Below are positions 51,661 through 62,088 of a stretch of 64,000 bases of DNA, in pieces. A program made the position numbers and the translations under genes. The first letter of the stretch is position 1; each line of letters opens with the position of its first letter. The stretch is taken from NCBI GenBank assembly GCA_043825735.1, contig JBDRRP010000145.1:1-64000 (forward strand), read 5' to 3'. The notes under the pieces were generated by a model that saw only the letters and a program-made list of their open reading frames with translations, was not told where the DNA came from and searched no databases. Origin of the DNA: Pseudomonadota bacterium (GTDB lineage: Bacteria; Desulfobacterota; Desulfobacteria; Desulfobacterales; JBDRRP01).

Positions 51661-53463
51661 ATGTCGACACGCACCGTGCCTCAACGAAAAGATATTCCAG
51701 CAGCGCATCAGTGGGATCTGACCCCCCTTTTTGACTCCGATGCGCAGTGGGAAACCCTGTTCGACCAAGTCACTTCCGACCTTGAGGGATACGCCGCCTA
51801 CCGAGGGCGCCTGGGCGAATCGCCGGCGCTGCTGCGTGAAGCAATCGCCTACGATCTGGATGTTTCCCTGAACCTGTCACGGCTTTACACCTTTGCTCAC
51901 CTGCGCTCAGACGAGGACAAAGCAAACACCCGCGCCCTGGGTTTTTACCAGCGGGCCGCCAGCCTCTATACCCGGGCCGCCGAGTGCTCGAGTTTCTACC
52001 GACCGGAACTCATGGCCATCCCGGCGCCGCGCATGGCGGCGTTTCTGGACAGCGCGGACCTGGCGCCGTACCGGTTCCATCTGGAAACCATCCTGCGCTA
52101 CGCCCCTCATACCCTGACAGGCACCGAAGAAGCGTTGCTGGCCAAAAGCGGTGAAATGAGTCAGGCGGCCGCCCAGGTCTTCGGACAGTTGGACAATGTA
52201 GACTTGCAGTTCGGCACCATCACCACGGCAGACGGCAGCCAGAGCGAGCTGAGTCACGGCAACTTCATCACCTTTCTCATGGACCCGGACCGCGACATCC
52301 GAAAATGCGCCTTCAGGCAATACTACGCCCAGTATGACGCCCACCGGCACACACTGGCAGCGGCACTGGCCGCATCGGCCAAAAAAGACGTGTTTTACGC
52401 CAGGGCGCGCAACTACACCGACTGCCGCTCGGCCGCCCTTTTCCCGGACAACATGCCGTCATCGGTCTACGACAATCTGGTCACCACCGTACGAGAAAAC
52501 CGCGCGCCACTGTTCGATTATCTGGCGCTGCGGCGCAAGGCACTGAACCTGGAGGCGCTGCACATCTACGACACCTATGTGCCCCTGGTTGCCGATGTCG
52601 ATTTTATCATGCCATTTGAAGAGGCCGTGGACGTGTGTGTCCAGGCACTGGCCCCGCTGGGAACGGTTTATGGAGACACCCTGCGCCAAGGCCTGCTCGG
52701 CGGGTGGGTGGACCGCTACGAAAACCGTGGCAAACGCAGCGGGGCCTACTCATCGGGCTGTTACGGCTCGCCGCCGTATATTCTCATGAACTACGAAGAT
52801 CACGCCATCAACAGCCTCTACACCCTGATCCATGAGGCCGGCCATTCCATGCACACGTACCTGTCCAATCAGGCTCAACCCCATGTCTATCATGGATACG
52901 CCATCTTCGTGGCCGAAGTGGCTTCTACCCTCAACGAGACCCTGCTCAGCCATTATCTGCTGGACCGCCATGCCAACGATCCCCGAATGCGCGCGTACAT
53001 CCTGAACCGGGAAATCGACAACATCCGGGCCACCCTCTACCGACAGACCATGTTCGCCGAATTCGAACAGCGGGTTCACGCTGCGGCCGAAAGCGACCAA
53101 CCCCTGACCGTGGACACCTTTCAGAACATCTACCGAGAGCTGCTGGAGACCTATTTCGGCGCCCATCTCATCCTTGATCCGGAATTGACGCTGGAATGTT
53201 TCCGCATCCCGCATTTTTATACGGCTTTTTATGTCTACAAATACGCTACCGGTATCAGCGCCGCCATCTCCCTGGCCCGGGGCATTCTCGAGGGCGGCAG
53301 CAAGAAAACAGATGAATATCTCGAGTTTCTATCCCTGGGGGGCAGCCGCTACCCCCTGGACGCCCTGGCCGTAGCGGGTGTCGACATGACCTCCCCGCAG
53401 CCCATCACCGCCGCCATCGCCCATTTTTCCCTTCGCTTGGCCCAGCTGACCGAAACACTGTGA
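51661..53463 (+). CDS. pepF: Oligoendopeptidase F (M3B)
   Basis: WDL, GKRSGAYS, HEAGHSMH, AEVAST, HFY..YVYKY. Confidence 0.95.
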   Translation: MSTRTVPQRKDIPAAHQWDLTPLFDSDAQWETLFDQVTSDLEGYAAYRGRLGESPALLREAIAYDLDVSLNLSRLYTFAHLRSDEDKANTRALGFYQRAASLYTRAAECSSFYRPELMAIPAPRMAAFLDSADLAPYRFHLETILRYAPHTLTGTEEALLAKSGEMSQAAAQVFGQLDNVDLQFGTITTADGSQSELSHGNFITFLMDPDRDIRKCAFRQYYAQYDAHRHTLAAALAASAKKDVFYARARNYTDCRSAALFPDNMPSSVYDNLVTTVRENRAPLFDYLALRRKALNLEALHIYDTYVPLVADVDFIMPFEEAVDVCVQALAPLGTVYGDTLRQGLLGGWVDRYENRGKRSGAYSSGCYGSPPYILMNYEDHAINSLYTLIHEAGHSMHTYLSNQAQPHVYHGYAIFVAEVASTLNETLLSHYLLDRHANDPRMRAYILNREIDNIRATLYRQTMFAEFEQRVHAAAESDQPLTVDTFQNIYRELLETYFGAHLILDPELTLECFRIPHFYTAFYVYKYATGISAAISLARGILEGGSKKTDEYLEFLSLGGSRYPLDALAVAGVDMTSPQPITAAIAHFSLRLAQLTETL

Positions 53464-53771
53464 CTAGAATATGCCGCGGAAGAGGCCCCTGTCGAAGCGC
53501 ACCGTCCGCCTGACCCGCCGGGTTCCGTGTCTCCTTGTGACCCGGTAATGTAATGTGCTATGAGGCGAGAGCGCGTTTGACGGGTTTCGGGACTTTTACG
53601 GGACTGTCAATCCTTGAGGCGGTGCACTGCAGGGCCCGGGGCTGACAATCGGCGGGACCCGACGCTGTCGCCGAAAGATTCGATGCACGGGAGTCTGAAG
53701 TTACGAACAGGTGCTTTTCAATTGCCCGTTAGTACGGCAGCGCTGCCGGGCAAACCACCATCGCACACAGG

Positions 53772-56228
53772 ATGCGTTTTATGAAATTGTCCATCCGCTG
53801 GGCCCTCATCGCCGGACTGCTGCTCATCATCTGGGGCCTGCAGGCCATCACCGTGAGTTCCTCCTACTTAACGTCCCAACGTGTCCTGATGGGTCACGCT
53901 CGGGACATCATGGACAACATCGCCGAATTTGCAGTGGAGCAGGCCCGGCACCACCTGGATCTTGCCCAGGGGGCCGCACATCTGACCAAACGGCTGATCA
54001 CTGCCAAGGTGGTAAGCTCCGACAGCGGCCAGATCGATTCGCTGGAACGGTATTTCTTTGATCAACTGGCCATTTACCCGCATTTTGCCGGAATCTATTT
54101 CGGCATGCCCAACGGCAGTTTCTTCATGGTCAGCCGATTTCGATACAACGACGTCGACGGCTTGCGCACCAAAGCGATTCAGCAGGTGGACGGCCAGCGG
54201 GTAGTAAAGCTCACCTACCGGGATGCCCAAGGCAATCTTTTGGGTGAAGAGATCGACCCCAACGACACCTATGACCCTCGCGAGCGCCCCTGGTACATCA
54301 AGGCAAAAAAGCAGGAACACATCGTGTGGACGGACCCCTACGTCTTTTTCACCAGCCAGAAACCGGGAATCACCATTGCCGGACCGGTCTACGGCAAAGA
54401 ATCCCAGTTGCAGGGAATCGTCGGGGTGGATATCGAAATCGATCAGTTGTCCATATTCATGGCTAAACTGCGCATCGGTAAACACGGCCGCGCATTCATG
54501 ATGAACCGTAATATGGACGTGGTCGCCTTTCCGGACCTCTCCAAGATCACACTGGAAAACGCCGCTTTCCCCGGACGCACACGCCTGGTGAAGATCACCG
54601 AAATCGATGACCCCTTAAGCCAAAGCGCCTTTCATTCAATAAAATGGGAAAAGGACGCCGAAGGGTCACTGCTCATCACGGCCCCGCTTTTTGCTCAGTT
54701 CACTTTTGACGGCCACCAGTACAATGCCATGTTCACTCCCTTTCCCAATGAACACTGGCCATGGGTCATCGGTGTCTACCTGCCCGAAGATGATTACCTG
54801 GGCGATATCAAGGACAACCGGCTGTTTAACATCATGGTCACCCTGGGGGTGTCGGTTGCAGCCACGGTGCTGACCCTCATCTTTGCCGGCAGCATTATCC
54901 GGCCGGTGGCCGAACTTGAAGCCGAAGCCCGCGCGATCAGGCTGCAGGACCTCAAGCCAACCCCGCCGGTACAGTCTGTCTACATGGAAATTCAGGAGAC
55001 CGCCAACAGCTTCGCCACCATGAAGGCGGCGCTGCGTGAGCACGAGAAGGAAAAGGAGCAGCTGGAAAAGCAAATCCGGCACTCCCAGAAGATGGAAGCC
55101 ATCGGCACCCTGGCCGGCGGCGTAGCCCACGATTTCAACAACATCCTTTACCCCATCATCGGCTACACCGAGATGGCCATGGACGAGCTCGCTGAAGGGA
55201 CCGCCGCCCGGGAGAACATGGAAGAAGTCCTGACCGCGGCCAAACGCGCCCGCCGCCTTGTTGAGCAGATCCTCACATTCAGCCGCCAGGATCAGCAGGG
55301 TCGCATCCCGATCAAACTGCAACCCATTGTGAAAGAGTCGCTGACACTGCTTCGCGCCACGCTTCCCAGCACCATTGTCATCCAGCAGGAAATCGACGAT
55401 GGCTCGGGACCCGTGCTCGCTGACCCGACCCAGATGCAGCAGGTGATCATGAACCTGTGCACCAACGCTTTTCACGCCATGCAAGTGGGTGGCGGCACGC
55501 TCACCGTGCGTATCGAAGAAGTAAAAATTGCCTCCGAAGAACCGGGCGGTGACACCGGCAGGCCGGAAGTCTTCATCAAGCTGAGCATCGCCGACACCGG
55601 CTGCGGCATGTCACGAGAAACGCTCGATCGCATTTTCGAGCCCTACTTCACGACCAAACGTTTTGGGGAAGGCACCGGCATGGGGTTGGCCGTCGTGCAC
55701 GGAATCGTCAACAGCCATGCCGGCAGTATTCAGGTGCAGAGCACACCCGGCAATGGCACACTGGTGGAAATCTATCTACCCCGCACGGAAAAAGCGATCG
55801 ATGAAATCCAGTTGCGCAACGCCGAAGCCAAGCGGGGCCGAGAGCGTGTCCTGCTGGTCGACGATGAAGAACAGATCGTGCGCATGCTCAAGCAAATGCT
55901 CACCCATCTGGGCTACGATGTCCACGCATGCACTGACAGCATTTCAGCCCTTGAACGCTTCGATGAAAGCCCGTATAATTTTGACCTCGTCATCACCGAT
56001 ATGACCATGCCCAGGCTCACTGGAGACATCATGGCCAGAGAGATGCTCAAAATCAGACCCGATGTGCCCATTATCCTGTGCACAGGCTTCAGTGAGCTCA
56101 TCGACGAGAAGAAAGCGATTGAGATGGGCATACGCAAACTGATTATCAAACCGGTAGTAAAAACCGAACTGTCTGAAACGATTCGGGAAGTGCTCGATAT
56201 CACCCGAACGGATTTCTCCCGAGGGTAG
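53772..56228 (+). CDS. dCache-HAMP hybrid histidine kinase with receiver domain
   Basis: YDPRERPWY, WTDPY, AHDFNN, NAFHAM, GTGMGL, REC LVDDE..TDMTMP. Confidence 0.93.
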   Translation: MRFMKLSIRWALIAGLLLIIWGLQAITVSSSYLTSQRVLMGHARDIMDNIAEFAVEQARHHLDLAQGAAHLTKRLITAKVVSSDSGQIDSLERYFFDQLAIYPHFAGIYFGMPNGSFFMVSRFRYNDVDGLRTKAIQQVDGQRVVKLTYRDAQGNLLGEEIDPNDTYDPRERPWYIKAKKQEHIVWTDPYVFFTSQKPGITIAGPVYGKESQLQGIVGVDIEIDQLSIFMAKLRIGKHGRAFMMNRNMDVVAFPDLSKITLENAAFPGRTRLVKITEIDDPLSQSAFHSIKWEKDAEGSLLITAPLFAQFTFDGHQYNAMFTPFPNEHWPWVIGVYLPEDDYLGDIKDNRLFNIMVTLGVSVAATVLTLIFAGSIIRPVAELEAEARAIRLQDLKPTPPVQSVYMEIQETANSFATMKAALREHEKEKEQLEKQIRHSQKMEAIGTLAGGVAHDFNNILYPIIGYTEMAMDELAEGTAARENMEEVLTAAKRARRLVEQILTFSRQDQQGRIPIKLQPIVKESLTLLRATLPSTIVIQQEIDDGSGPVLADPTQMQQVIMNLCTNAFHAMQVGGGTLTVRIEEVKIASEEPGGDTGRPEVFIKLSIADTGCGMSRETLDRIFEPYFTTKRFGEGTGMGLAVVHGIVNSHAGSIQVQSTPGNGTLVEIYLPRTEKAIDEIQLRNAEAKRGRERVLLVDDEEQIVRMLKQMLTHLGYDVHACTDSISALERFDESPYNFDLVITDMTMPRLTGDIMAREMLKIRPDVPIILCTGFSELIDEKKAIEMGIRKLIIKPVVKTELSETIREVLDITRTDFSRG

Positions 56229-56295
56229 GCGGCGCTCTCCGGTAGCCCTTTCTTCCACCCCGGCCCCGCTTGCCGAAACAGAAACGGCCAAACGC

Positions 56296-57234
56296 ATGCT
56301 CGCATCCTCGTCCCCATGCATCTTTCCCATCGCCGGCGGCAAGGGCGGCGTCGGAAAGAGCTTTGTCTCAGCCAGCCTGGGGGCCTTTCTGGCCAAGCTG
56401 CACCAATCGGTCATCCTGGTGGACCTGGACCTCGGCGCCGCCAATCTGCATACCCTTCTGGGCCTATCCCCCCCTGTCAAGGGGCTTCACCAGTTTCTCA
56501 ACAAATCCGTTTTGGATTTGGCATCGGTGGCCGTCCCCACAGCCATCCCCAATCTACAATTGATCAGTTCCTGCCAGTGCTCCATGGAGGTGGCTAACCT
56601 CTATCACCAGCAAAAAATCAAAATCATCAACGCCATCCGTCGCCTGAAGGCCGATTACGTGCTGCTTGATCTTGGAGCGGGCACCCATTTCAATACATTG
56701 GATTTCTTTCTAAGCGGTGAGCAGGGAATCGTGGTGATGACGCCGGAGCCCACGGCCATCGAAAACACGATCCGCTTCATTCGATCGGTGACCATCCGAA
56801 AACTCAAACAGCTTATCAAGCAGCACGAATTTCACGTCATCGTTCGCGATGCGGTGGACCAGGCGCAGAAAGGCGCTCTCAACTCGCCGGACGTCATCGA
56901 GCGCATCCTACGCTACGACCCCGACAAGAAGGATCTGATGCTGCGCTGCCTGGGAGAGTTCACCTTCCAGCTGACCATCAACCAGTTTCGCAAAACCAAC
57001 GACGCCCGTATCGGGGAAAAACTGCGAATGGTCTGCAGCCGCCACTTCTACAGCCGGTTCGACTGTCTGGGGCTCATCAACTATGACGACAGGGTCCACG
57101 ACAGCATCTTGTCGCGCACCCTGTACGTGCACAAGTATCCTTACACCACCGCCGCAGTGGATCTGAGAAACATCGCCGGCGAGTTGATCACCCGGGCCAT
57201 CAACACCCCCCTGTCCGCAGAGGCCGTCTTATGA
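56296..57234 (+). CDS. MinD/FlhG-like P-loop ATPase
   Basis: GGKGGVGKS deviant Walker A, DLDLGAANL, DLGAG, TPEPTAIEN. Confidence 0.9.
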   Translation: MLASSSPCIFPIAGGKGGVGKSFVSASLGAFLAKLHQSVILVDLDLGAANLHTLLGLSPPVKGLHQFLNKSVLDLASVAVPTAIPNLQLISSCQCSMEVANLYHQQKIKIINAIRRLKADYVLLDLGAGTHFNTLDFFLSGEQGIVVMTPEPTAIENTIRFIRSVTIRKLKQLIKQHEFHVIVRDAVDQAQKGALNSPDVIERILRYDPDKKDLMLRCLGEFTFQLTINQFRKTNDARIGEKLRMVCSRHFYSRFDCLGLINYDDRVHDSILSRTLYVHKYPYTTAAVDLRNIAGELITRAINTPLSAEAVL

Positions 57235-57881
57235 AAGTGAATTTGGGTGAGACCCACTATCAAATTCTTCAGGTTCCGGTGACGGCCACCCTTTTTGAAA
57301 TCAGGCAGGCGTATACTGATGCGTGCGCCCTTTACAGTGAAGAAGCACTGGTCACTTATTCCATGTTCGATCCCGGCCAGCGCAAAGTGATCCTGGCGAC
57401 CCTCGCCGAAGCCTTCCAGACACTGGTAGATCCGGCACGACGGCAGGCCTACGACGCCTACCTGATCGAAGCCGGGGCACTTTCCGCCGATGTGCTGGCG
57501 AATGATGAAAAGCAGAACAAAAAACCCATTCCGATTTTCGAAGTTCCGACAGCTGCCAGCACGGACAGCGTAAAGAAACGGATCCGCGCGGCATCTGGAT
57601 CGGCAGATTTTCGTCGGCAGGTTGACGGTGTTTTAGAAAAAGAGCGGATTAGCGGCAGCGATCTGAGGCAGATCCGGGAAAAGCTGGGCATCACCTGCGA
57701 GGAAATCTACGATGCCACGCGCATCAGCGTATCCATCATTACCGCCATCGAATCGGACAACGCCGCCAACCTGCCATCGGCGCTCTACCTTAAAAATTTC
57801 CTGAAAACCTATGCCACCCTTCTTGAAATGGACCCTGTGCGCACCATGGCCGGGTACCTGAAAAATCTCGGCATGGATTGA
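57231..57881 (+). CDS. J-like domain + RodZ-like HTH protein
   Basis: HYQILQV..EIRQAY..EAFQTL..RRQAYD (no HPD); C-terminal G.DLRQIRE..AIES..LPS.LYLKNFL; ATGA overlap. Confidence 0.8.
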   Translation: MKVNLGETHYQILQVPVTATLFEIRQAYTDACALYSEEALVTYSMFDPGQRKVILATLAEAFQTLVDPARRQAYDAYLIEAGALSADVLANDEKQNKKPIPIFEVPTAASTDSVKKRIRAASGSADFRRQVDGVLEKERISGSDLRQIREKLGITCEEIYDATRISVSIITAIESDNAANLPSALYLKNFLKTYATLLEMDPVRTMAGYLKNLGMD

Positions 57882-57967
57882 CACCGCCGACGCAATCGCC
57901 ATCATATGTTTCGACAATCTCGCAAAAAGCGGTTTTCTCCCGAAGGCGCCAAGTACGCCCGTGATCG

Positions 57968-59050
57968 GTGAACAAGAACGGTTGGGGTCATCTTGACCGA
58001 TTGCGGGAGGGGATAAACCCCTCCCCTACAAAACAGCCAGAACCCCAACTGGAGACTACTGAGTATCAGGCTCGTAAAACCCATGGAAGGTCCGTCCGCT
58101 ATCTGCTGCGGGAGTCTTATCCGGAGCACGGCGTCTTTCTCAGTCGGGATGTTTTCGACCTGGGCGCCGATCCCGGCCGCTTTATCATTTACCCCGGCGG
58201 CAATGCATTTTACTTTTCAGAAGACCTGGACGATGCGCTGACGGCCGCCGGTCACGCAGCTCCCTTCGATGAGTTGGAAGATCTCTTCTGGCCATTTCTG
58301 AAACCGGATATCCGGCGGGCGCTGTCACATTTTCACCACCGACAGGCGGGCCGACCGGGACCTCCGGAAACGATGCGCGGCGCCGTTCACCTCTTCGACC
58401 GGCGCCGGCTCTTTTATCTCAAATGCGGGCGCGTGGATGGTGCCGCCATCGGCAATGTCCCCGAAAAACTCTTTCTCCCCTTGCGAAACCGCTCCCGGGA
58501 TGAAATCGAGCAGCGCTTTCTCCAGTGGGAGCTCATCTTGAAACCGACGGAGCTGCGCCATTACGTCTATGCCATCTTGGACCTCCAACGTCATTTCACC
58601 CACCCCATGGCCACCCGGTTTCCTTCCGCCATGGATCCGGAAGAAATGGACACGCACTTCACGGCCGCCCTGTGCCGGCTGCACGGTGACACCACATTCT
58701 GGAGCGGATTTCCCGTTGGCGAAAAACTGCACCCCTACCTTTACCGCTATGCGGTGATGTATTTCGACAATCCTTTCCCGCGTCGTGATTTCATGAACGA
58801 CTACTTCCGCGAATTCATCGACAGCCGGCGCTATTTCCGTTTCCCGTCGCGGGCCCCGACGCTGGCGGCCGATGAAATCAGCCGCCTGCTGGGATTGTCT
58901 GAGGACCGGCTCGGACGGATGACCCGCAGTGAGCTCACCCGGCACTTCCGGAAAATGGCATTGTCGGCCCACCCCGACCACGGCGGCAACAGCGAGCGGT
59001 TCATCGCCATCACCGAAGCCTACCAGGCCGCACTGCACCGGCTAAAATAA
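57968..59050 (+). CDS. Protein with C-terminal J domain; start uncertain
   Basis: C-terminal LLGL..FRKMALSAHPDHGG..F.AI.EAY; best RBS sits at 58051 before a GAG codon. Confidence 0.7.
   Translation: MNKNGWGHLDRLREGINPSPTKQPEPQLETTEYQARKTHGRSVRYLLRESYPEHGVFLSRDVFDLGADPGRFIIYPGGNAFYFSEDLDDALTAAGHAAPFDELEDLFWPFLKPDIRRALSHFHHRQAGRPGPPETMRGAVHLFDRRRLFYLKCGRVDGAAIGNVPEKLFLPLRNRSRDEIEQRFLQWELILKPTELRHYVYAILDLQRHFTHPMATRFPSAMDPEEMDTHFTAALCRLHGDTTFWSGFPVGEKLHPYLYRYAVMYFDNPFPRRDFMNDYFREFIDSRRYFRFPSRAPTLAADEISRLLGLSEDRLGRMTRSELTRHFRKMALSAHPDHGGNSERFIAITEAYQAALHRLK
58005..58029 (-). repeat. GTAG-family REP element
   Basis: GTAG-GGGAGGGG-TTTAT-CCCCTCCC on the minus strand. Confidence 0.75.
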
Positions 59051-59059
59051 AGGGTTCGA

Positions 59060-59131
59060 GGGGTCAAGGGGTCAAGGGGTCAAGGGGTCAAGGGGTCAAG
59101 GGGTCAAGGGGTCAAGGGGTCAAGGGGTCAA
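59060..59131 (+). repeat. (GGGGTCAA)x9 perfect tandem repeat
   Basis: Counted directly; flanked by degenerate units GGGTTCGA and GGGTCCGA. Confidence 0.95.
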
Positions 59132-59238
59132 GGGTCCGAGTGAATAACAATTATTTTTGGTTTTCTCCGTGCCCTCCGTGCCTCCGTGGTGATCCCAATG
59201 TCATCGGGGCCGCCGGCCATTTACGCTAAACTGGAGCT

Positions 59239-60600
59239 TCATAGAGAAGCGGATATCTTTATTCCGGTATAGGTCTCCGGCGTGATCGCCCGCAGCTCGG
59301 CCTTGATAGTGTCGCTGACGGCCAGGGAATCGATGAAGGCGTGGATGGCTCCCCGGTCGATGGCGGCTTTTCCTCGGGTGAGGGCCTTGAGGGCCTCGTA
59401 GGGTTCAGGATAGCCCTCGCGGCGCAGGATGGTCTGAATCCCCTCTGTGACCACGGCCCAATTTGCCTCAAGATCGCGGGCGATGGTGTCGCGGTCCAGG
59501 GTCAGCTTGTCCAGGCCCCGCATCAGGCTCACCAGAGCGATGCGCATGTGCCCCATCGGCACACCGATGAACCGGGTCACCGTGGAGTCGGTGAGGTCTC
59601 GCTGAAGGCGTGAAATGGGCAACTTCCGGGAAAGGTGGGACAGGCCGGCGTTGGCGATGCCGAAGTTGCCCTCGGCATTTTCGAAATCGATGGGATTGAC
59701 CTTGTGGGGCATGGTAGAGGAGCCCACCTCGGAAGCGATCACCCGCTGGCGAAAGTAATTCATGGAGATGTAGGTCCACACGTCCCGGCACAGGTCCACC
59801 AGGATGGTGTTGATCCGCCGGAGGCCGTCGAAGAATGCCGCCATGTGATCATAGGGCTCGATCTGGGTGGTGCAGCGGGTGCGCGTGAGCCCCAGCGCGT
59901 CACCCACCAGCCGGTCGGCGAACGCGATCCAGTCGATGTCCGGATAAGCGACATGGTGGGCGTTGAAATTGCCCGTGGCGCCGCCGAACTTGGCGGCGAA
60001 GGGCACGGCATCGACCAGCGCGAGCTGGCCGCGCAGCCGTTCCACGAACACCAAAAGCTCCTTGCCCAGAAGCGTAGGAGATGCCGGCTGGCCGTGGGTC
60101 CGAGCCAGCATGGCCACGTCTTCCCATCGCTCGGACAGGGCCTCGAGTTTTTCGATCACCTGCAAAAGACTCGGGCGCATGACCGCCTGCCACCCATCTC
60201 TGAGCGATGCCGGCACGGCGGTGTTGTTGATATCCTGGCTGGTGAGGCCGAAATGGATGAACTCCTTTGTGTCCCCAAGCCCCAGGTGGTCAAATCGTTC
60301 CTTTAGAAAATACTCCACGGCCTTGACGTCGTGGTTGGTAGTCCGCTCGATGGCCTTGACGTCGCGGGCATCGTCTTCACTGAAAGCGACGGGAATCTGC
60401 CGGAGCGCCTCAATCTGCGCGCCGGTGACGCCGGCCAGCGGCGGCAGGGGGATCTCGCACAGGGCGATAAAATAGGCGATTTCCGTGGCCACCCGGTAGC
60501 GGATCAGGGCGCCTTCGCTAAAATAACCGGCCAGCGGTTCAGTGGCCCTGCGATAGCGGCCGTCCACCGGGGAGATGGCGTTGAGCGGTGTGAGAGACAT
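59239..60600 (-). CDS. purB: Adenylosuccinate lyase
   Basis: ISPVDGRY, TNHDVKAVEY, HFGLTSQD, ARTHGQ, SSTMPHKVNPIDFEN, SRLQRDL. Confidence 0.97.
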   Translation of the reverse strand: MSLTPLNAISPVDGRYRRATEPLAGYFSEGALIRYRVATEIAYFIALCEIPLPPLAGVTGAQIEALRQIPVAFSEDDARDVKAIERTTNHDVKAVEYFLKERFDHLGLGDTKEFIHFGLTSQDINNTAVPASLRDGWQAVMRPSLLQVIEKLEALSERWEDVAMLARTHGQPASPTLLGKELLVFVERLRGQLALVDAVPFAAKFGGATGNFNAHHVAYPDIDWIAFADRLVGDALGLTRTRCTTQIEPYDHMAAFFDGLRRINTILVDLCRDVWTYISMNYFRQRVIASEVGSSTMPHKVNPIDFENAEGNFGIANAGLSHLSRKLPISRLQRDLTDSTVTRFIGVPMGHMRIALVSLMRGLDKLTLDRDTIARDLEANWAVVTEGIQTILRREGYPEPYEALKALTRGKAAIDRGAIHAFIDSLAVSDTIKAELRAITPETYTGIKISASL

Positions 60601-60752
60601 GGAGGGTCCTTTACTGTCGGATAGCGGCAACCCGCTTTTAACATTGAATCGAGTTCTGTGCACAGCCGAGATACGATATCAGCGATTCGCCTGGCATGGT
60701 GGCACGCAGTATAGGCAAGGCCTGCGGGGCCTGTCAAGAAACCCGCTCCCCC

Positions 60753-60780
60753 CTTGAAAATATGGCTTCCGGGCCTATAT
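60753..60780 (+). promoter_or_regulatory. Sigma32 (RpoH)-type promoter of htpX
   Basis: CTTGAA-N14-GCCTATAT preceded by a C-run, upstream of a heat-shock protease. Confidence 0.6.
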
Positions 60781-60863
60781 AATTGAGCGCCCGGTTCGTC
60801 GTGAGATAACGATGACCCCGTTAATGTCATGAACCGCATGAGGGAAAGGACCTCGCTTTCGCC

Positions 60864-61796
60864 ATGGGAAACCAAATCCGCACCACCGTGCTGCTGGCCG
60901 TTTTGACGGCCGTCATCGTCTGGATCGGTCAGGTGATGGGCGGTCGCCAGGGAATGATTCTGGCGCTGATTTTCGCCGGCGCCATGAACTTTGCCAGCTA
61001 TTGGTATTCGGACAAGATCGTTCTCGGAATGGTCAAGGCCCGGGAGGTGACTCCGGATCAGGCACCGGACGTCTACCGCCTCGTGGCGCAGCTGGCGCAA
61101 AACGCAGGGCTGCCCATGGCGCGGGTCTACGTCATCCCCCAGGATACCCCCAACGCCTTTGCCACCGGGCGCAACCCGGAGCACGCCGTGGTGGCGGTCA
61201 CCGAAGGGTTGCTGCGCCTCATGGACCGGGAGGAGCTGGCCGGCGTGCTGGCCCATGAACTGGCCCATGTCAAAAACCGGGACATTCTGATCGGCTCCGT
61301 CGCCGCCACCCTGGCCGGCGCCATCATGGTACTGGCCAGCATGGCCCGCTGGTCGGCCATCTTCGGCGGTTTTCGCTCCAACGATGAAGACCGTGGCATG
61401 GGGGGTATCGGACTGCTGGTCATGTCCATCATCGCGCCCATGGCCGCGGGCCTGATCCAGATGGCCATTTCCCGCTCCCGGGAGTACCTGGCCGATGCCA
61501 CCGGCGCCCGCATCGCCGGCGCGCCCGGGGGCCTTGCGCGGGCTCTGGAAAAACTCGGCGGATACAATCGCCGGATGCCCATGGATGCCAACCCGTCCAC
61601 TGCGCACATGTTCATCGTCAACCCGCTCACCGGCAGCCGCATGTCCGCGCTGTTTTCAACGCACCCCCCCATCGAGGAGCGCATCGCCCGGCTGCGCGGG
61701 CAGGCGCCCCGACCGATTGACGACGTTTCAGCCGACACGCCCGTCGGAGATTCCCGCCGGCAGAACGGGAAGAATTTCTGGGACCGGTTATCCTGA
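60864..61796 (+). CDS. htpX: Zn metalloprotease HtpX
   Basis: [28 protein letters not shown]. Confidence 0.95.
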   Translation: MGNQIRTTVLLAVLTAVIVWIGQVMGGRQGMILALIFAGAMNFASYWYSDKIVLGMVKAREVTPDQAPDVYRLVAQLAQNAGLPMARVYVIPQDTPNAFATGRNPEHAVVAVTEGLLRLMDREELAGVLAHELAHVKNRDILIGSVAATLAGAIMVLASMARWSAIFGGFRSNDEDRGMGGIGLLVMSIIAPMAAGLIQMAISRSREYLADATGARIAGAPGGLARALEKLGGYNRRMPMDANPSTAHMFIVNPLTGSRMSALFSTHPPIEERIARLRGQAPRPIDDVSADTPVGDSRRQNGKNFWDRLS

Positions 61797-61929
61797 TGGC
61801 CATGCAAAGAGTCTGAGATCACCACAGAGGGCGCAGAGAGCGCAGAGATAACTTATTAATTATTCGATATATTCTCTGCGATCCCCTGCGGTCTCTGTGG
61901 TTCAAAATTACTTTTTACAGTTTTATCAG
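61793..61929 (-). mobile_element. MITE family B copy (inverted)
   Basis: Reverse complement matches the 22286 and 43089 copies. Confidence 0.75.
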
Positions 61930-62088
61930 CATTGATCATTTTTGATTCACCGAGCTCCCCGGGCATCGCAGGTAACCGGCATCGAACTTTCTCTCTATCC
62001 CCCCTTGGACTGATTTCCAGTGTGTTTCTTTTCTCCGGTCTATCCTGTATATCCCTGTTAACGATCGCTGATTGACCGTTGTTTTCTG

